DNA from: Gemmatimonadales bacterium
Lineage (GTDB): Bacteria > Gemmatimonadota > Gemmatimonadetes > Gemmatimonadales > GWC2-71-9
Reading direction: 5' to 3'
Assembly: GCA_965249575.1 (NCBI GenBank)
Contig: OZ252244.1
Location: 1,216,001-1,280,000 of the forward strand
DNA: 64,000 nucleotides
Position numbers and translations under genes: made by a program. Below are positions 42,265 through 52,354 of this stretch, piece by piece. The notes under the pieces were generated by a model. The model had not been told where the DNA came from. It was given only the letters and a program-made list of their open reading frames with translations, and did no database searches. The number at the start of each line of letters is the position of its first letter. Positions within the stretch are counted from its first letter, which is position 1.

Positions 42265-42299
42265 CTCATCTTCTCCAGAGAAGTAAGGAGTCCACGCCT

Positions 42300-42400
42300 C
42301 TCCGTCCGCAGTGAGTAAGAAGTGAACGGGCCCCACCCCGCAATCGTCGCGGAGGGCGGGAGGGCCACATCCTTACTACTGACTCCCCACTCGGCGGGGT
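42300..42400. repeat. Intergenic repeat copy 3 (degenerate)
   Basis: tccttactactgactccccactcggcgg (42370-42397) resembles 2927-2954. Confidence 0.55.
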
Positions 42401-42422
42401 GGCTGGGGGTAGGGCCTGTCTT

Positions 42423-43781
42423 TCAGCTCACCTGTGCGGGGCTCGTGGCCCCGTCTGGTCCGTTATCCCAGTCCTGGGCGCTCGAGACGTTGGGCATCCC
42501 CCAAGCGTGACCGTTCCACCCATCGAACCCATCCATCTTGAAGGACCAGAATCCTGTCTGGTAATCGCTGACCACGATCAAGCCATCGGCGTTTCGCACG
42601 TCGATCCCCCAGACACCATCGTATTGCGGGCCGATGCCACCGCCGGGACGGAGATTGCCACCGAGTTGCGGGCCGCCCTTCGTGTCGAAGTATGCGACAG
42701 TATAGGGGTTCGTTGGATCCATGATATTGATGACCTGGAGGGCGTCGTCTTGGCCGGCGACGAAAATGTACGGCCAGCGAACCTCGAAGTTGTGAACTGC
42801 ACCCTTCCAGTTGGGAGTCCACGCTCCGATGGAGCGTGAAAGGTTCTTTACCTCGCCATCGAGACCCGGCTTGAGATCGAACATTCGCGCGACCCCGTAC
42901 TGGTACGTCGGCAGGGGCATGGCAAGCGCATAACGGCCGTCGGGCGTCGGCGTGAATGTGTGCCCCCCCGCAAAGCCGGCCACCCCGGTCACCGACGTGA
43001 GCAGTTTCGGATCGGCCACATCGGTCACGTCGAAGACGTACATGCCACCCGCGCCGCCCCCGTAAAACTTGTCCTGGCGGGTGGCCGGGTCGTAGCCCAC
43101 GTAGAAATCGTGCCACCCGCTCCGACGGCCGCCGAGATCAGCGGGAACAGCGATCTTTCCGACTACGCCCCCGTCGGGACCACCGCTCGCCACTGCGTCG
43201 ATGTCGTAGACGTAGGCGTACTCGGACGTCGTGACGGCAAAGAACAGGGCCTGACCGTTGGAGTGTTTGTACGAGAACGTCTCGTGAAATCCCCCGGGCG
43301 CCTCGGGCACATGGATCCGTCCCACCTCCCGAATGGTCGAGGTGTCGGGCAGCCCAGTCACGTCCCATACGATGGCACCGAGATCGACGTTCGGCCCCCC
43401 GGGTGCGAACTGAAACCCGTTGACGAAATAGTAGCGTCCCCGGCTTTTCAGGTATGTGGGAGCCAGGGATCCCGATCCCCGATGCAGCTCCGGGTTCTCG
43501 ATTCGCCAGGAGTAGATGATCCGCGCGTTAGCCGGATCCTTGATGCTCACGATGTCGAACCCTGAGGGCACGCGGCGCTTATCGACATACACGTAGGGGC
43601 GGGACAACTCCTGCTCGACCTCGATGTCGGAAGTCGTAAACGGATCTCCGGGGAGCATGACGTGAGATACGATTCGGAGATTGGAACTGGCCTGATTCCC
43701 GGGCCCGGGGGGAAACTGCGCTGATGCCGAAAGGGGCAGGACAAGCGCTAGCGCGCCCAACCCGATAACTCGAGATCTCAT
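42423..43781 (-). CDS. His-motif beta-propeller paralog 14 (subfamily B)
   Basis: ASAQFPPG; FHETF, WHDFY, GHTFTP, MPLPTYQY, VHNFEVRW. Confidence 0.85.
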   Translation of the reverse strand: MRSRVIGLGALALVLPLSASAQFPPGPGNQASSNLRIVSHVMLPGDPFTTSDIEVEQELSRPYVYVDKRRVPSGFDIVSIKDPANARIIYSWRIENPELHRGSGSLAPTYLKSRGRYYFVNGFQFAPGGPNVDLGAIVWDVTGLPDTSTIREVGRIHVPEAPGGFHETFSYKHSNGQALFFAVTTSEYAYVYDIDAVASGGPDGGVVGKIAVPADLGGRRSGWHDFYVGYDPATRQDKFYGGGAGGMYVFDVTDVADPKLLTSVTGVAGFAGGHTFTPTPDGRYALAMPLPTYQYGVARMFDLKPGLDGEVKNLSRSIGAWTPNWKGAVHNFEVRWPYIFVAGQDDALQVINIMDPTNPYTVAYFDTKGGPQLGGNLRPGGGIGPQYDGVWGIDVRNADGLIVVSDYQTGFWSFKMDGFDGWNGHAWGMPNVSSAQDWDNGPDGATSPAQVS

Positions 43782-43949
43782 TCCGGCACTCCTGGCATGG
43801 CGGGAAAAGTCACTGAACGGCGACCAGACGACCGTCTCCAGTCGAGTGGAGTTCGCATGAGTGGAATGTGCCCTCTGGGGTGACGGGGGGCAACCAGCAC
43901 CCACGGAAAGGGCGGGCCAACCGGGGCCCGTGTACTACTCGAATGCAAC

Positions 43950-44880
43950 CTACTTGGGCGATATGCCCCTGATGCGCCGTCGCATCGCACTCGCCCGTCG
44001 CTTGGCTCCGATTCTCACGAAGGCCTCAGCCGCAAAACCGAAGCAGGCGGCCGCCTTGTCGATCTTCTCCATCCGCATGAACAGAGTTCCAGTATCGCGC
44101 CAGACCTCGGCCATGGCCCACGAATGGCCGATCTTCGTCGCGAGCCGTTGCGCCCGCCGCATGAGACGTTCGGCGGGTTGGTACTGCTGAGCAATGCACT
44201 CCAGGTTGCCTAGGATACGCTGGGCCTCGATCTCCGCCAACGGATCGTCATGGGCCCGCGCTATCTGGAGTGCACGCTTCGCTTGCTGGCGCCCCAGGGG
44301 GATGTCGCCGAGCAACCCCCGAGCCTCTCCTCGCATCGCGAGGGCTTGTGCCACCATGCGCTGACTCTCGATCTGCTCGGCGCCGGACAAGGCCCGTTCC
44401 GCCGCGTCGTCGCTCTCGACGACGCGATCGAGATCCCGCCACACGATCCCCATGTTGATCAAGGTCTCGACGACCCCATGCCGCGACCCGATGCGATCGA
44501 ACCTGGCGTTGGCTCGACGGTAGTGCGCCAGCGCCGCCGCATTCCTCGCGAGGTAGAACTCGACGTTGCCCAGATTGTTGGCACAGCGCGCCATCATGAG
44601 CTCGTCACCGATGCGTTCGGCGATCGCGAGCGCCTTTTCGAAGCCCGTTCGCGCGTCCCGGAGCTCGCCGAGCGCGAAGGCGCCGGCCGCGGCCACGTTC
44701 TCAGCGCGCATCTCACCATCGACATCGCCAAGTTTCCGATACCGATCGCGGGCTTGCAAAGCGGCCGCCCGGCTCGGGCCATAGGTACCCAGGCGCCAAC
44801 GCGCCATCGCCGCGAGCAACAGCCACTCCGGGGACCGCTGAACGGGTGCGGGTTGCCCCTCGAGCTGCTGCCACGCCTCA
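43950..44880 (-). pseudogene. TPR (MalT-like) protein, 5'-truncated
   Basis: ANNLGNV and TLINMGIV TPR helices; no own start, joined to the activator gene. Confidence 0.7.
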
Positions 44881-45705
44881 CACGTCCACCGAGCGACTCC
44901 GCGTAGATCCAACACGGCGGATCCGTTTGTCTTCCAGGACACGAAGCAGCTTCCCCTGGAGCATGAGTGGGAGATGACCGATCTCGTCGAGAAACAGGGT
45001 GCCGCCATCGGCCTCTTCGAACAGACCCGCCTTCGCCTGGCGGGCATCCGTGAAAGCCCCCCGCTCATGGCCGAAAAGCTCGCTTTCGAGTAGCTGGGCA
45101 GGGATCGCGGCGCAGTTCACCGCGACGAAGGGCGCCGACGCGCGCGTCCCACCATCATGGATGGCCCGCGCGAGCAGCTCCTTCCCCGTCCCGGTCTCCC
45201 CGGTGATCAGTACGGTGACGTTCTGGTGCACCATGACGCGACGGGCTTTCTGGATCGTCTCGCGCAGTAACCGGCTGTCACCGATCAAGGTGCGGAACGC
45301 CTCGTCCCCTTGTGCTCCCGGACCGCTCGTGGTTCGCTCCCGAGCCAGCTCCGCCCTGCCTTGGAGGGTGCGGCGGAGTAGGTCGGCGTCACCGGGGAGC
45401 GAGAAATAGTCGGTGGCGCCCTGTCGAATGCTCTCTGCCGCGAACCGATGGGACGTGCTCGCGCCCACCACGTACAGCGCCGCCCTCGGTGCGACGTCGT
45501 GGTCGAGCTCGCGAAGGAGATCGAGAGCGCGGTCCTCTTCCCCACCCGCGCCGACTATCACGGCGAGGGACTCGATCCCCCAGATGTCGGCTGGATTGGC
45601 GTCGATGAGGGAAACACCCAGCTCGTCCGCGAGGTCCTGCCACACCGCGGAAAAAGACTCCGACAGCTGAACGACGACGAGCGCCGGCGCATCAGCATGA
45701 CTCAT
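44878..45705 (-). pseudogene. Sigma54-dependent activator (degenerate receiver-like domain + AAA+), 3'-truncated
   Basis: [36 protein letters not shown]; stops at VDV, before the expected RIIAATN and HTH. Confidence 0.8.
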
Positions 45706-46511
45706 CAGTCGCCCTCTATGCCGTCTTCGTCGGGATCCTCGAACGCCTTTACGGACTGCTTGATGGATTCCTTGACGGTGCTTTCGTTGACTCCGCCCTT
45801 GTTCGCCGTTGCGGGATCTACGAGAGCCCCCGTGGCGGACCGGAACCACGCGTCGACCCCCATTCGAATCGTGACATTGGTCTCCGCACCGGCGCCACCG
45901 ATCACCATCGGGGGAACCAGATCGAGCTCCTGTTCGACATCGAGGTCACTTTCGAAGGTATATGCCTGTTCATTGAATCGACCGCGTACCCGTATGCTCT
46001 TCCCATCGAAGTCCGGGTGCCCCTGGAGGAAGGCAGCATCGTCCGGGTCCCCGGAGCTCACCTTGTGAACCTCGAAATCGATTCGTTCATACGTCCCGCT
46101 CGGGACCTCAATCACGAATATCGAATCGGCGCCCGGGCCGAGGGGCAGGTCGATCAAGACGGGCCCAACTTCCACTTCCTCGCACCCGTCGGGAAGCACG
46201 TCGCAATCGCTGGTTTCCTGCGGCTTGATCTCGATCTTACGGAGCACGATCTCGACACTCGTAAGAATCAACGTGTCGGGTCCACTGCTCAGCGTGTCCT
46301 CTCCCAGCGTACGAACCGGTGAGAACCGGGGGACCGGAGCAACGCCCGGAGGAGCCTGAGTCGAGAACGAGACCTGCACGTTGCCGCGCTGTTCCAGTTG
46401 TGAGCCGTCCTGGGGCCCGGTGTTCTCGCCACATCCGAAGATGACCGCCGCGATCCACCCAATGAGAATGGCGGAACATCTTATCTCTCCTATCGCTTTC
46501 ACAGAGCGCAC
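45705..46511 (-). CDS. Lipoprotein (DUF4382-like)
   Basis: GGAG RBS, lipobox IFGC, VPSGTYERIDF, acidic tail FEDPDEDG. Confidence 0.65.
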   Translation of the reverse strand: MRSVKAIGEIRCSAILIGWIAAVIFGCGENTGPQDGSQLEQRGNVQVSFSTQAPPGVAPVPRFSPVRTLGEDTLSSGPDTLILTSVEIVLRKIEIKPQETSDCDVLPDGCEEVEVGPVLIDLPLGPGADSIFVIEVPSGTYERIDFEVHKVSSGDPDDAAFLQGHPDFDGKSIRVRGRFNEQAYTFESDLDVEQELDLVPPMVIGGAGAETNVTIRMGVDAWFRSATGALVDPATANKGGVNESTVKESIKQSVKAFEDPDEDGIEGD

Positions 46512-46688
46512 GTACAGTCTCCAGCTACAAGGCGGGCCCATCGAGCGGCGCGACACCGCCAACCGCGACGGTCACCGATCGAACGACCCATACGTAGTCC
46601 GTTTCCAATGGTACTCCAAAGTGCCACACAGCAGGCGCCCGGGGCCGTCGGCCGGCCCCGGACCCCTTCAGTGTACCCTATACGCCGT

Positions 46689-46925
46689 CTAGTCCTCATC
46701 CCCGTCCTCGTCGTCGTCCTCGAACACGTGCATCGACTGCTTGATGTTCTCTTTTACGAGGCTTTCGTTGGCTCCACCCTTGTTACCTGTGTCCGGATCG
46801 ACCAGGGATCCGGAGGGCAATCGGAACCAGTCCGCCAGCAGAATGCGCACCGTGAGGTTGGTCGAGGCAGTGCCTTCCGTTACGACCAACGGGCGTGCGA
46901 GGTGAAGTTCCTGCTCCACACCGTG
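46689..46925 (-). pseudogene. C-terminal fragment of a paralogous lipoprotein
   Basis: VEQELHL..NLTVR..WFR..LVDPDTGNKGGANESLVKENIKQS..FEDDDEDG parallels the 45705 gene; 5' part missing. Confidence 0.7.
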
Positions 46926-47002
46926 AAACCGCTTGCCGGTTTCATTATTAAACCCATCCACGAGTTGTGAGTTGCCACCAAACCGTGGTACATCAGGTCT
47001 GG

Positions 47003-47068
47003 GGCACGGGACGTGCCGCGGCTCCGGGACCTGCCCGGGGCCAGCACTTATTTGATATCAATGACTTA
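47003..47068 (-). promoter_or_regulatory. Putative sigma54 promoter and IHF site
   Basis: Minus strand CGGCACGTCCCGTGCC (GG-N10-GC, 47018-47003); TATCAATGACTTA (47056-47068) fits WATCAANNNNTTR. Confidence 0.6.
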
Positions 47069-47180
47069 TGGCTTTATGACGAACGTCACACGGCGGGCTA
47101 CTGCATTGTTCTATTACAGCGTGGTCCAATTCGATGCATTGGCCGGCGCTTCTGAGGACGGCCGGCGGAAGGCAAAACGA

Positions 47181-48536
47181 TTAACGCATGCTCACCTCTC
47201 GGGCGCGGACAGGCGCCTCAGGTCCCGCATCCCAGTCTTGGGCGCTGGAGATGTTCGGCATACCCCAGTCGTGCCCGTTCCACCCGTCAAAGCCCTCCAT
47301 CTTGAACGCCCAGAATCCGCTTTGCATGTCTCCCGCGACAATCAGACCGTCCGCGTTGCGCACATCGACGCCGAACACGCCTGCCGCTTCTCCGCCCACC
47401 GAGTACGGCGTGACGTAATCGAACGTGTCGTAAAACGCCACCGTGTGTGGTTTGGTGGGATCGCGCATGTCGATTACCTGGACGCCATCCTCATATGCGG
47501 AGACGAACACGTAGGGCCACCGGATCTCCATGTTGTGCGAAGATTTGATCCAGTCCGCCGTCCACTCCGAGAGGGGCTGCAATACGGTGGGCCGCCCGGT
47601 GGCCAAGGCGGGCTCGAGGTCGAAGAACCGGAGCGGCGTATGGCCAAGCGACGTCATCTCCGTGATCCCATAGCGACCGTCCGGGGTGACCACGAACGTG
47701 TGCCCGCCGGACTGCTGGCTGGGGACCGCGAGGATCGTCGCGATGACTCTGGGGTCGCGGATGTTGCTGACGTCCACGACGTACTGGCCGCCCTCGTAGG
47801 TGCTCTCCGGACCACCGCCATAGAAGCGGTCCTGTCCGCTCACCGGGTGGTAGGCCACGTAGGCGTCGTGGTACCCACGCCGCGCGCCTCGGGGGCGGGG
47901 GAGCGGCACTCGACTCACCAGCCCGTGGTTGGGCACGCCACTCAGGAGCAGCGACATGTCGTATACGTTCGCGCCATGTGCATCGGTGATCTGCGACGCA
48001 GTCGTGGCAAACAGATACACACCACCGTCGGAATGTTTGTACGCGAAGATGTTGTGAAAGCCGCCGGGCGTGTCGGGGGCCCGGATCCGGGCCACCTCTC
48101 GTATCGTGGTGGTGTCTGGCAAGCCGGTCACGTCGAAAACAACGGCCCCCAGATCCGCGTTGGGCCCGCCGGCTCGGAAGCTGAACGACTGGGCCGTGTA
48201 ATACCGATTCTCGAGTTTGAAGTATTTGTTTTCGAGAGCCCGTCCCGGATGGAGATCGGCGGTTTCGATTTGCCAGCGCCACAGCTTCATCGGTCGATGG
48301 ATGTCTCGGACCTCGATGATGTGGAATCCCACCGCGGCTCGACCGGACAGATACACATAGGGCCGCGAGAGCTCCTGCTCGATCTCGATATCGTTGACGT
48401 CGCCGGCGCCCGCAAGCGGGATATGCGCCACGTAACGCATGTTGGCACTGCTCTGCTGCCCCGGAGGGTGCTGGGCACGCGTCTGTGAGCCGAGCAAGAT
48501 CCCAGGAATGAGCAAGCAAAAGACACGTCCGTTCAT
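47181..48536 (-). CDS. His-motif beta-propeller paralog 15 (subfamily C)
   Basis: TRAQHPPG; subfamily C motifs; tail. Confidence 0.85.
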   Translation of the reverse strand: MNGRVFCLLIPGILLGSQTRAQHPPGQQSSANMRYVAHIPLAGAGDVNDIEIEQELSRPYVYLSGRAAVGFHIIEVRDIHRPMKLWRWQIETADLHPGRALENKYFKLENRYYTAQSFSFRAGGPNADLGAVVFDVTGLPDTTTIREVARIRAPDTPGGFHNIFAYKHSDGGVYLFATTASQITDAHGANVYDMSLLLSGVPNHGLVSRVPLPRPRGARRGYHDAYVAYHPVSGQDRFYGGGPESTYEGGQYVVDVSNIRDPRVIATILAVPSQQSGGHTFVVTPDGRYGITEMTSLGHTPLRFFDLEPALATGRPTVLQPLSEWTADWIKSSHNMEIRWPYVFVSAYEDGVQVIDMRDPTKPHTVAFYDTFDYVTPYSVGGEAAGVFGVDVRNADGLIVAGDMQSGFWAFKMEGFDGWNGHDWGMPNISSAQDWDAGPEAPVRAREVSMR

Positions 48537-48668
48537 ACCGTCTCCCCGCGCTACCGTGTGCCGGGACTGGTGAGTCGTACGTCTTGAGTAGTCACAGGTA
48601 GGGTGGTTCTGCGCTTTGGACGGCACGCCACATCATACCCACCACTCACCAAGTCACTAGATACCACC

Positions 48669-50021
48669 TTAACTCACCCCTCTGGGGCCGGATGCCATGT
48701 CCGGTCCGCTGTCGTAATCTTGCACGCTCGAGACGTTGGGCATGCCCCAATCGTGCCCGTTCCATCCGTCGAACCCCTCCATCCTGAACGCCCAGAACCC
48801 GCTGTGAAGGTCGCTGGCCACGATGAGGCCGTCGGCATTTCGAACATCCACCCCCCAGACGCCATTGGCGACACCACCACCCGAATACTCCTGTTCTCCC
48901 GTGTAGGTGTCGTAGAATGCGACCGTGTGGGGCTTCTTGGGGTTTCGCATGTCGATGACCTGTACACCATCTTCGTACGCGGACACGAACACGAAGGGCC
49001 AGCGAATCTCCATGTTGTGGGAGGACTTCCGCCAGTCAGCCGTCCATTCGGCAATGGGCTGCAGGACTGCTTGTTTGCCCGTTAGGGCGGGCTGGAGGTC
49101 GAAGAACCGAAGAGGTGCGTGCCCGGGTGAAGTCATCTCGGTGATCCCGTATCGCCCATCGGGGGTGGCCACGAAGGTGTGACCTCCGGACTGCTGGCTC
49201 GGCACGGCGAGGATCGTCGCGAGGAGTCTCGGCCGAGAGACGTTCGTGATGTCGTACACGTAGTTGCCACCCTCGTAGGTCCTCTCGGGTCCCCCGCCAT
49301 AGAAGCGGTCCTGTCCGCTTTCGGGATGGTAGGCCACGTAGGCGTCGTGGTAGCCCCTGGCGGAGCCGCGGGGCTCTGGGAGGGGCACCCGCCCCGCCAA
49401 CCCGTGGTTCGCCGCACCGCTCAGCATGAGCTCCATATTGTAAATGTTGGCGCCATGGGGGTCGGCACGCTTCGCCTCTACCGTCGCGAAGAGATACACG
49501 CGGCCATCCGAGTGCTTGTAGGGGAACACGTTATGAAACCCGCCCGGATTCTCCGGGACGCGAATCCGGCCAGCCTCCCGGACGGTCGATGTGTCGGGCA
49601 GGCCCGTCACGTCGAAAACGATGGCACCCAGATCGCTGTTGGGTCCGCCACTTCGAAACTGAAAGGACTGAACGAAGTAGTAGCGGTTAGCCAGCTTGAA
49701 GTACTTGCCATCTCGTCCTTCCTGGCGCTGGCCCTGCAGCTCTGGATCCTCGATGAACCAGGAATAGATGACATTGGCCTCGGTGGGTTCCTTGAGATCG
49801 ATGATCTGAAAGCCGGCTGGCCGCAGCCGACGGGATACGTAGGCGTAGGGCCGGGAGAGATCCTGCTCGATCTCAACCTCCGACACCATGAGCGGTCCAG
49901 CGAGCGGTATGTGCTTGACGAGAGTCATGTTCGCGCTTCGCTGTTCCCCGGGGGCATACTGGGCGGTGAGGGACGCGGGCCCACAGGCCAGCACAAAGGC
50001 GGCCAAAAGACGAGGGGTCAT
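48669..50021 (-). CDS. His-motif beta-propeller paralog 16 (subfamily C)
   Basis: GAGG RBS then MTPRLL; LTAQYAPG; subfamily C motifs. Confidence 0.85.
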   Translation of the reverse strand: MTPRLLAAFVLACGPASLTAQYAPGEQRSANMTLVKHIPLAGPLMVSEVEIEQDLSRPYAYVSRRLRPAGFQIIDLKEPTEANVIYSWFIEDPELQGQRQEGRDGKYFKLANRYYFVQSFQFRSGGPNSDLGAIVFDVTGLPDTSTVREAGRIRVPENPGGFHNVFPYKHSDGRVYLFATVEAKRADPHGANIYNMELMLSGAANHGLAGRVPLPEPRGSARGYHDAYVAYHPESGQDRFYGGGPERTYEGGNYVYDITNVSRPRLLATILAVPSQQSGGHTFVATPDGRYGITEMTSPGHAPLRFFDLQPALTGKQAVLQPIAEWTADWRKSSHNMEIRWPFVFVSAYEDGVQVIDMRNPKKPHTVAFYDTYTGEQEYSGGGVANGVWGVDVRNADGLIVASDLHSGFWAFRMEGFDGWNGHDWGMPNVSSVQDYDSGPDMASGPRGVS

Positions 50022-50154
50022 TCGATCACCTCTCGAGGAGTCGGGCTCGACGGCCGATGAAATGTTTTCTTGCGCACGAGAGTGGGTTGCAGGGCGGCGT
50101 GTATCCCTGGCCTCACGCGCCTTCCAGGTGGAATTTGCCGACGTGCCAAACGCG

Positions 50155-50769
50155 ATGCAAGGAAAATCCGGGATCGTGGGTGTGGCGGTCGCGTTCGAAG
50201 GCGGGCTCGCCGGCCTCGCGTGGGTCCTTGGCTGGTGGCTCTCGAGCCCGCCGCTCGAGCGCATATCCGTCGCCTGGGACGCCCTCGTGTGGGCAATCGC
50301 CGGGACGGCCCCCCTCGTGGCGCTGCTCTGGTGGTGGAGACGATCCGCCAGGAAGCCGTTCCAGGACCTCGACCACCTCCTCGACGAGACGGTCGTCCCG
50401 CTGTTTGCACGCTGCTCCTGGCTGGATCTGACACTCATCTCCCTGGCAGCCGGGTTCGGTGAGGAGATGTTGTTTCGGGGAGTCATCCAGCCGGTCCTGT
50501 CCGACTGGTCAGCCCCGTGGATGGGGTTGACCGCGACGAGCATCCTATTCGGCCTCGCTCACATCATCACACCCTCCTACGCGTTCCTAGCAACCGTCAT
50601 TGGCGCCTATCTGGGGTGGCTGGCGGTCGCCTCGGAGAACCTGCTCGTCCCGATCGCCGTCCACGCGTTGTACGACTTCGCCGCCCTGATCGTGCTCGTG
50701 AAGCCGCGTCGCGACGGCTCGCTCGACCAGCCCCAGGGGAAACTGCCGAGCCCTCGAGCCGACCAGTGA
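50155..50769 (+). CDS. CPBP (Abi/CAAX) intramembrane metalloprotease
   Basis: EEMLFRG, FGLAH, HALYD. Confidence 0.9.
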   Translation: MQGKSGIVGVAVAFEGGLAGLAWVLGWWLSSPPLERISVAWDALVWAIAGTAPLVALLWWWRRSARKPFQDLDHLLDETVVPLFARCSWLDLTLISLAAGFGEEMLFRGVIQPVLSDWSAPWMGLTATSILFGLAHIITPSYAFLATVIGAYLGWLAVASENLLVPIAVHALYDFAALIVLVKPRRDGSLDQPQGKLPSPRADQ

Positions 50770-50888
50770 CGAAGTAACGACCGGCCTGGCATCAACGGGC
50801 TCACCCATCTATTCTTCGGCGGCAATTCCGGAGGCCGTCCCCTCGCGCCTCGTCCCCAGGTCCGCAACCCAGTCCTCAAGGAGCCCAG

Positions 50889-52301
50889 ATGAACGCGAAA
50901 GAGTTCTTTGCATTCGCCAAGAAGCATGACGCCGAGATGGTCGACCTCAAGTTCACGGATTTGCTCGGCACTTGGCAGCATTGCTCGTTCCCTCTCGAGA
51001 CCTGGGATGAGGACACGTTCGTCGACGGCGTCGGATTTGACGGATCGTCCATTCGCGGATGGCAGGGGATTCACGTATCGGACATGCTGGCGCGTCCCGA
51101 CCCCTCCACGACCTGTATAGACCCGTTCTTCAAGGAGCCCACCGCGAGCGTGATCGCGGACATCGTGGACCCCGTGACCCACGAGGACTACACCCGCGAT
51201 CCCCGGCACGTCGCCCGAAAGGCCACACAGTATCTGATCGAGACCGGCATCGCCTCGGTGTGTTATATCGGCCCTGAGCCCGAGTTCTTCATCTTCGATC
51301 AGGTCCGCTATGAGCAGAACCAGCATCGCGGCATGTACGAAATCGATTCGGTCGAGGGAGCCTGGAACACCGCACGATTCGAGGAGCCGAACCTGGGCTA
51401 CAAGCCCAGTTACAAGGGGGGCTATTTCCCGGTGAGTCCGACCGACACGTATCACGACCTCCGCGGTGAGATGGTCAGCGAAATGCGGCGGGTCGGGATC
51501 ATCGTCGAGGCGCACCACCACGAGGTGGGAACTGCGGGCCAGGGCGAGATCGACATGCGATACGCTCCCCTGCTGAGAATGGCGGACCAGTTCATGTGGT
51601 TTAAGTACATCATCAAGAACGTCGCCAAGCGGCAGGGCAAATCAGTCACCTTCATGCCCAAGCCGATCTTCGAGGACAATGGAAGCGGCATGCACACACA
51701 CCTGTCGCTCTGGAACGATGGCAAGCCGCTATTCGGTGGGGACGGATATGCGGGGCTCAGTGAGACCGCCCTCCACGCCATCGGCGGACTGTTGCACCAC
51801 GCACGGTCCGTGCTGGCCTTCGCCGCCCCCACGAGCAATTCCTACCGCCGACTCGTTCCGGGCTACGAGGCGCCGGTCAACTTGGCCATGTCGCAGCGCA
51901 ACCGGTCGGCGGCGGTCCGCATCCCGATGTACTCGGCGAACCCCAAAGCCAAGCGCCTGGAGTTCCGCTGCCCCGACCCGAGCTGCAACGGATACCTCAT
52001 GTTCTCGGCAATGCTTATGGCGGCAATCGACGGAATACAGAACAAGATCGAGCCGGGCGAGCCGTTGGATCGAGATATCTACGAGATGTCCGAGAAGGAG
52101 TTGGCCGGGACCAATAAGACACCGGAATCGCTCGTCGAAGCTCTGGAAACACTCGAGAAAGACCACAGCTTTCTCACGAAAGGCGAGGTCTTCACGGAAG
52201 ATCTCATTGAGACCTGGATCAGCTACAAGATGGAAAACGAAGTGGAGCCGCTCAGGCTACGGCCCCACCCCTACGAGTTTCACCTGTATTACGACAATTG
52301 A
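50889..52301 (+). CDS. glnA: Glutamine synthetase type I
   Basis: [55 protein letters not shown]. Confidence 0.97.
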   Translation: MNAKEFFAFAKKHDAEMVDLKFTDLLGTWQHCSFPLETWDEDTFVDGVGFDGSSIRGWQGIHVSDMLARPDPSTTCIDPFFKEPTASVIADIVDPVTHEDYTRDPRHVARKATQYLIETGIASVCYIGPEPEFFIFDQVRYEQNQHRGMYEIDSVEGAWNTARFEEPNLGYKPSYKGGYFPVSPTDTYHDLRGEMVSEMRRVGIIVEAHHHEVGTAGQGEIDMRYAPLLRMADQFMWFKYIIKNVAKRQGKSVTFMPKPIFEDNGSGMHTHLSLWNDGKPLFGGDGYAGLSETALHAIGGLLHHARSVLAFAAPTSNSYRRLVPGYEAPVNLAMSQRNRSAAVRIPMYSANPKAKRLEFRCPDPSCNGYLMFSAMLMAAIDGIQNKIEPGEPLDRDIYEMSEKELAGTNKTPESLVEALETLEKDHSFLTKGEVFTEDLIETWISYKMENEVEPLRLRPHPYEFHLYYDN

Positions 52302-52354
52302 GTAGTAGGGAGTAGTGGAACAGGGGGTAGGGGATACCTCCCCACTCCCTACCC
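52302..52354. terminator. Hairpin between convergent glnA and RND genes
   Basis: gtagggagtagtgg / ccactccctac and ggggtagggg / ccctacccc complementary arms. Confidence 0.5.

Noticed and set aside
2859..42400. CRISPR array
   Set aside because: The repeat copies are kilobases apart, with no repeat-spacer periodicity and no cas genes.
2980..50021. Diversity-generating retroelement or shufflon as the source of paralog variation
   Set aside because: No reverse transcriptase, recombinase or near-identical template/variable repeat pair was seen; divergence is spread along whole genes.
50022..50543. N-terminal extension of paralog 16 (similar extensions on copies 6, 13, 14, 15)
   Set aside because: It overlaps the opposite-strand CPBP gene, and a downstream start gives an RBS and a signal peptide.
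50785..50805. Sigma54 promoter upstream of glnA
   Set aside because: TGGCATCAACGGGC has GG-N9-GC spacing, not N10.
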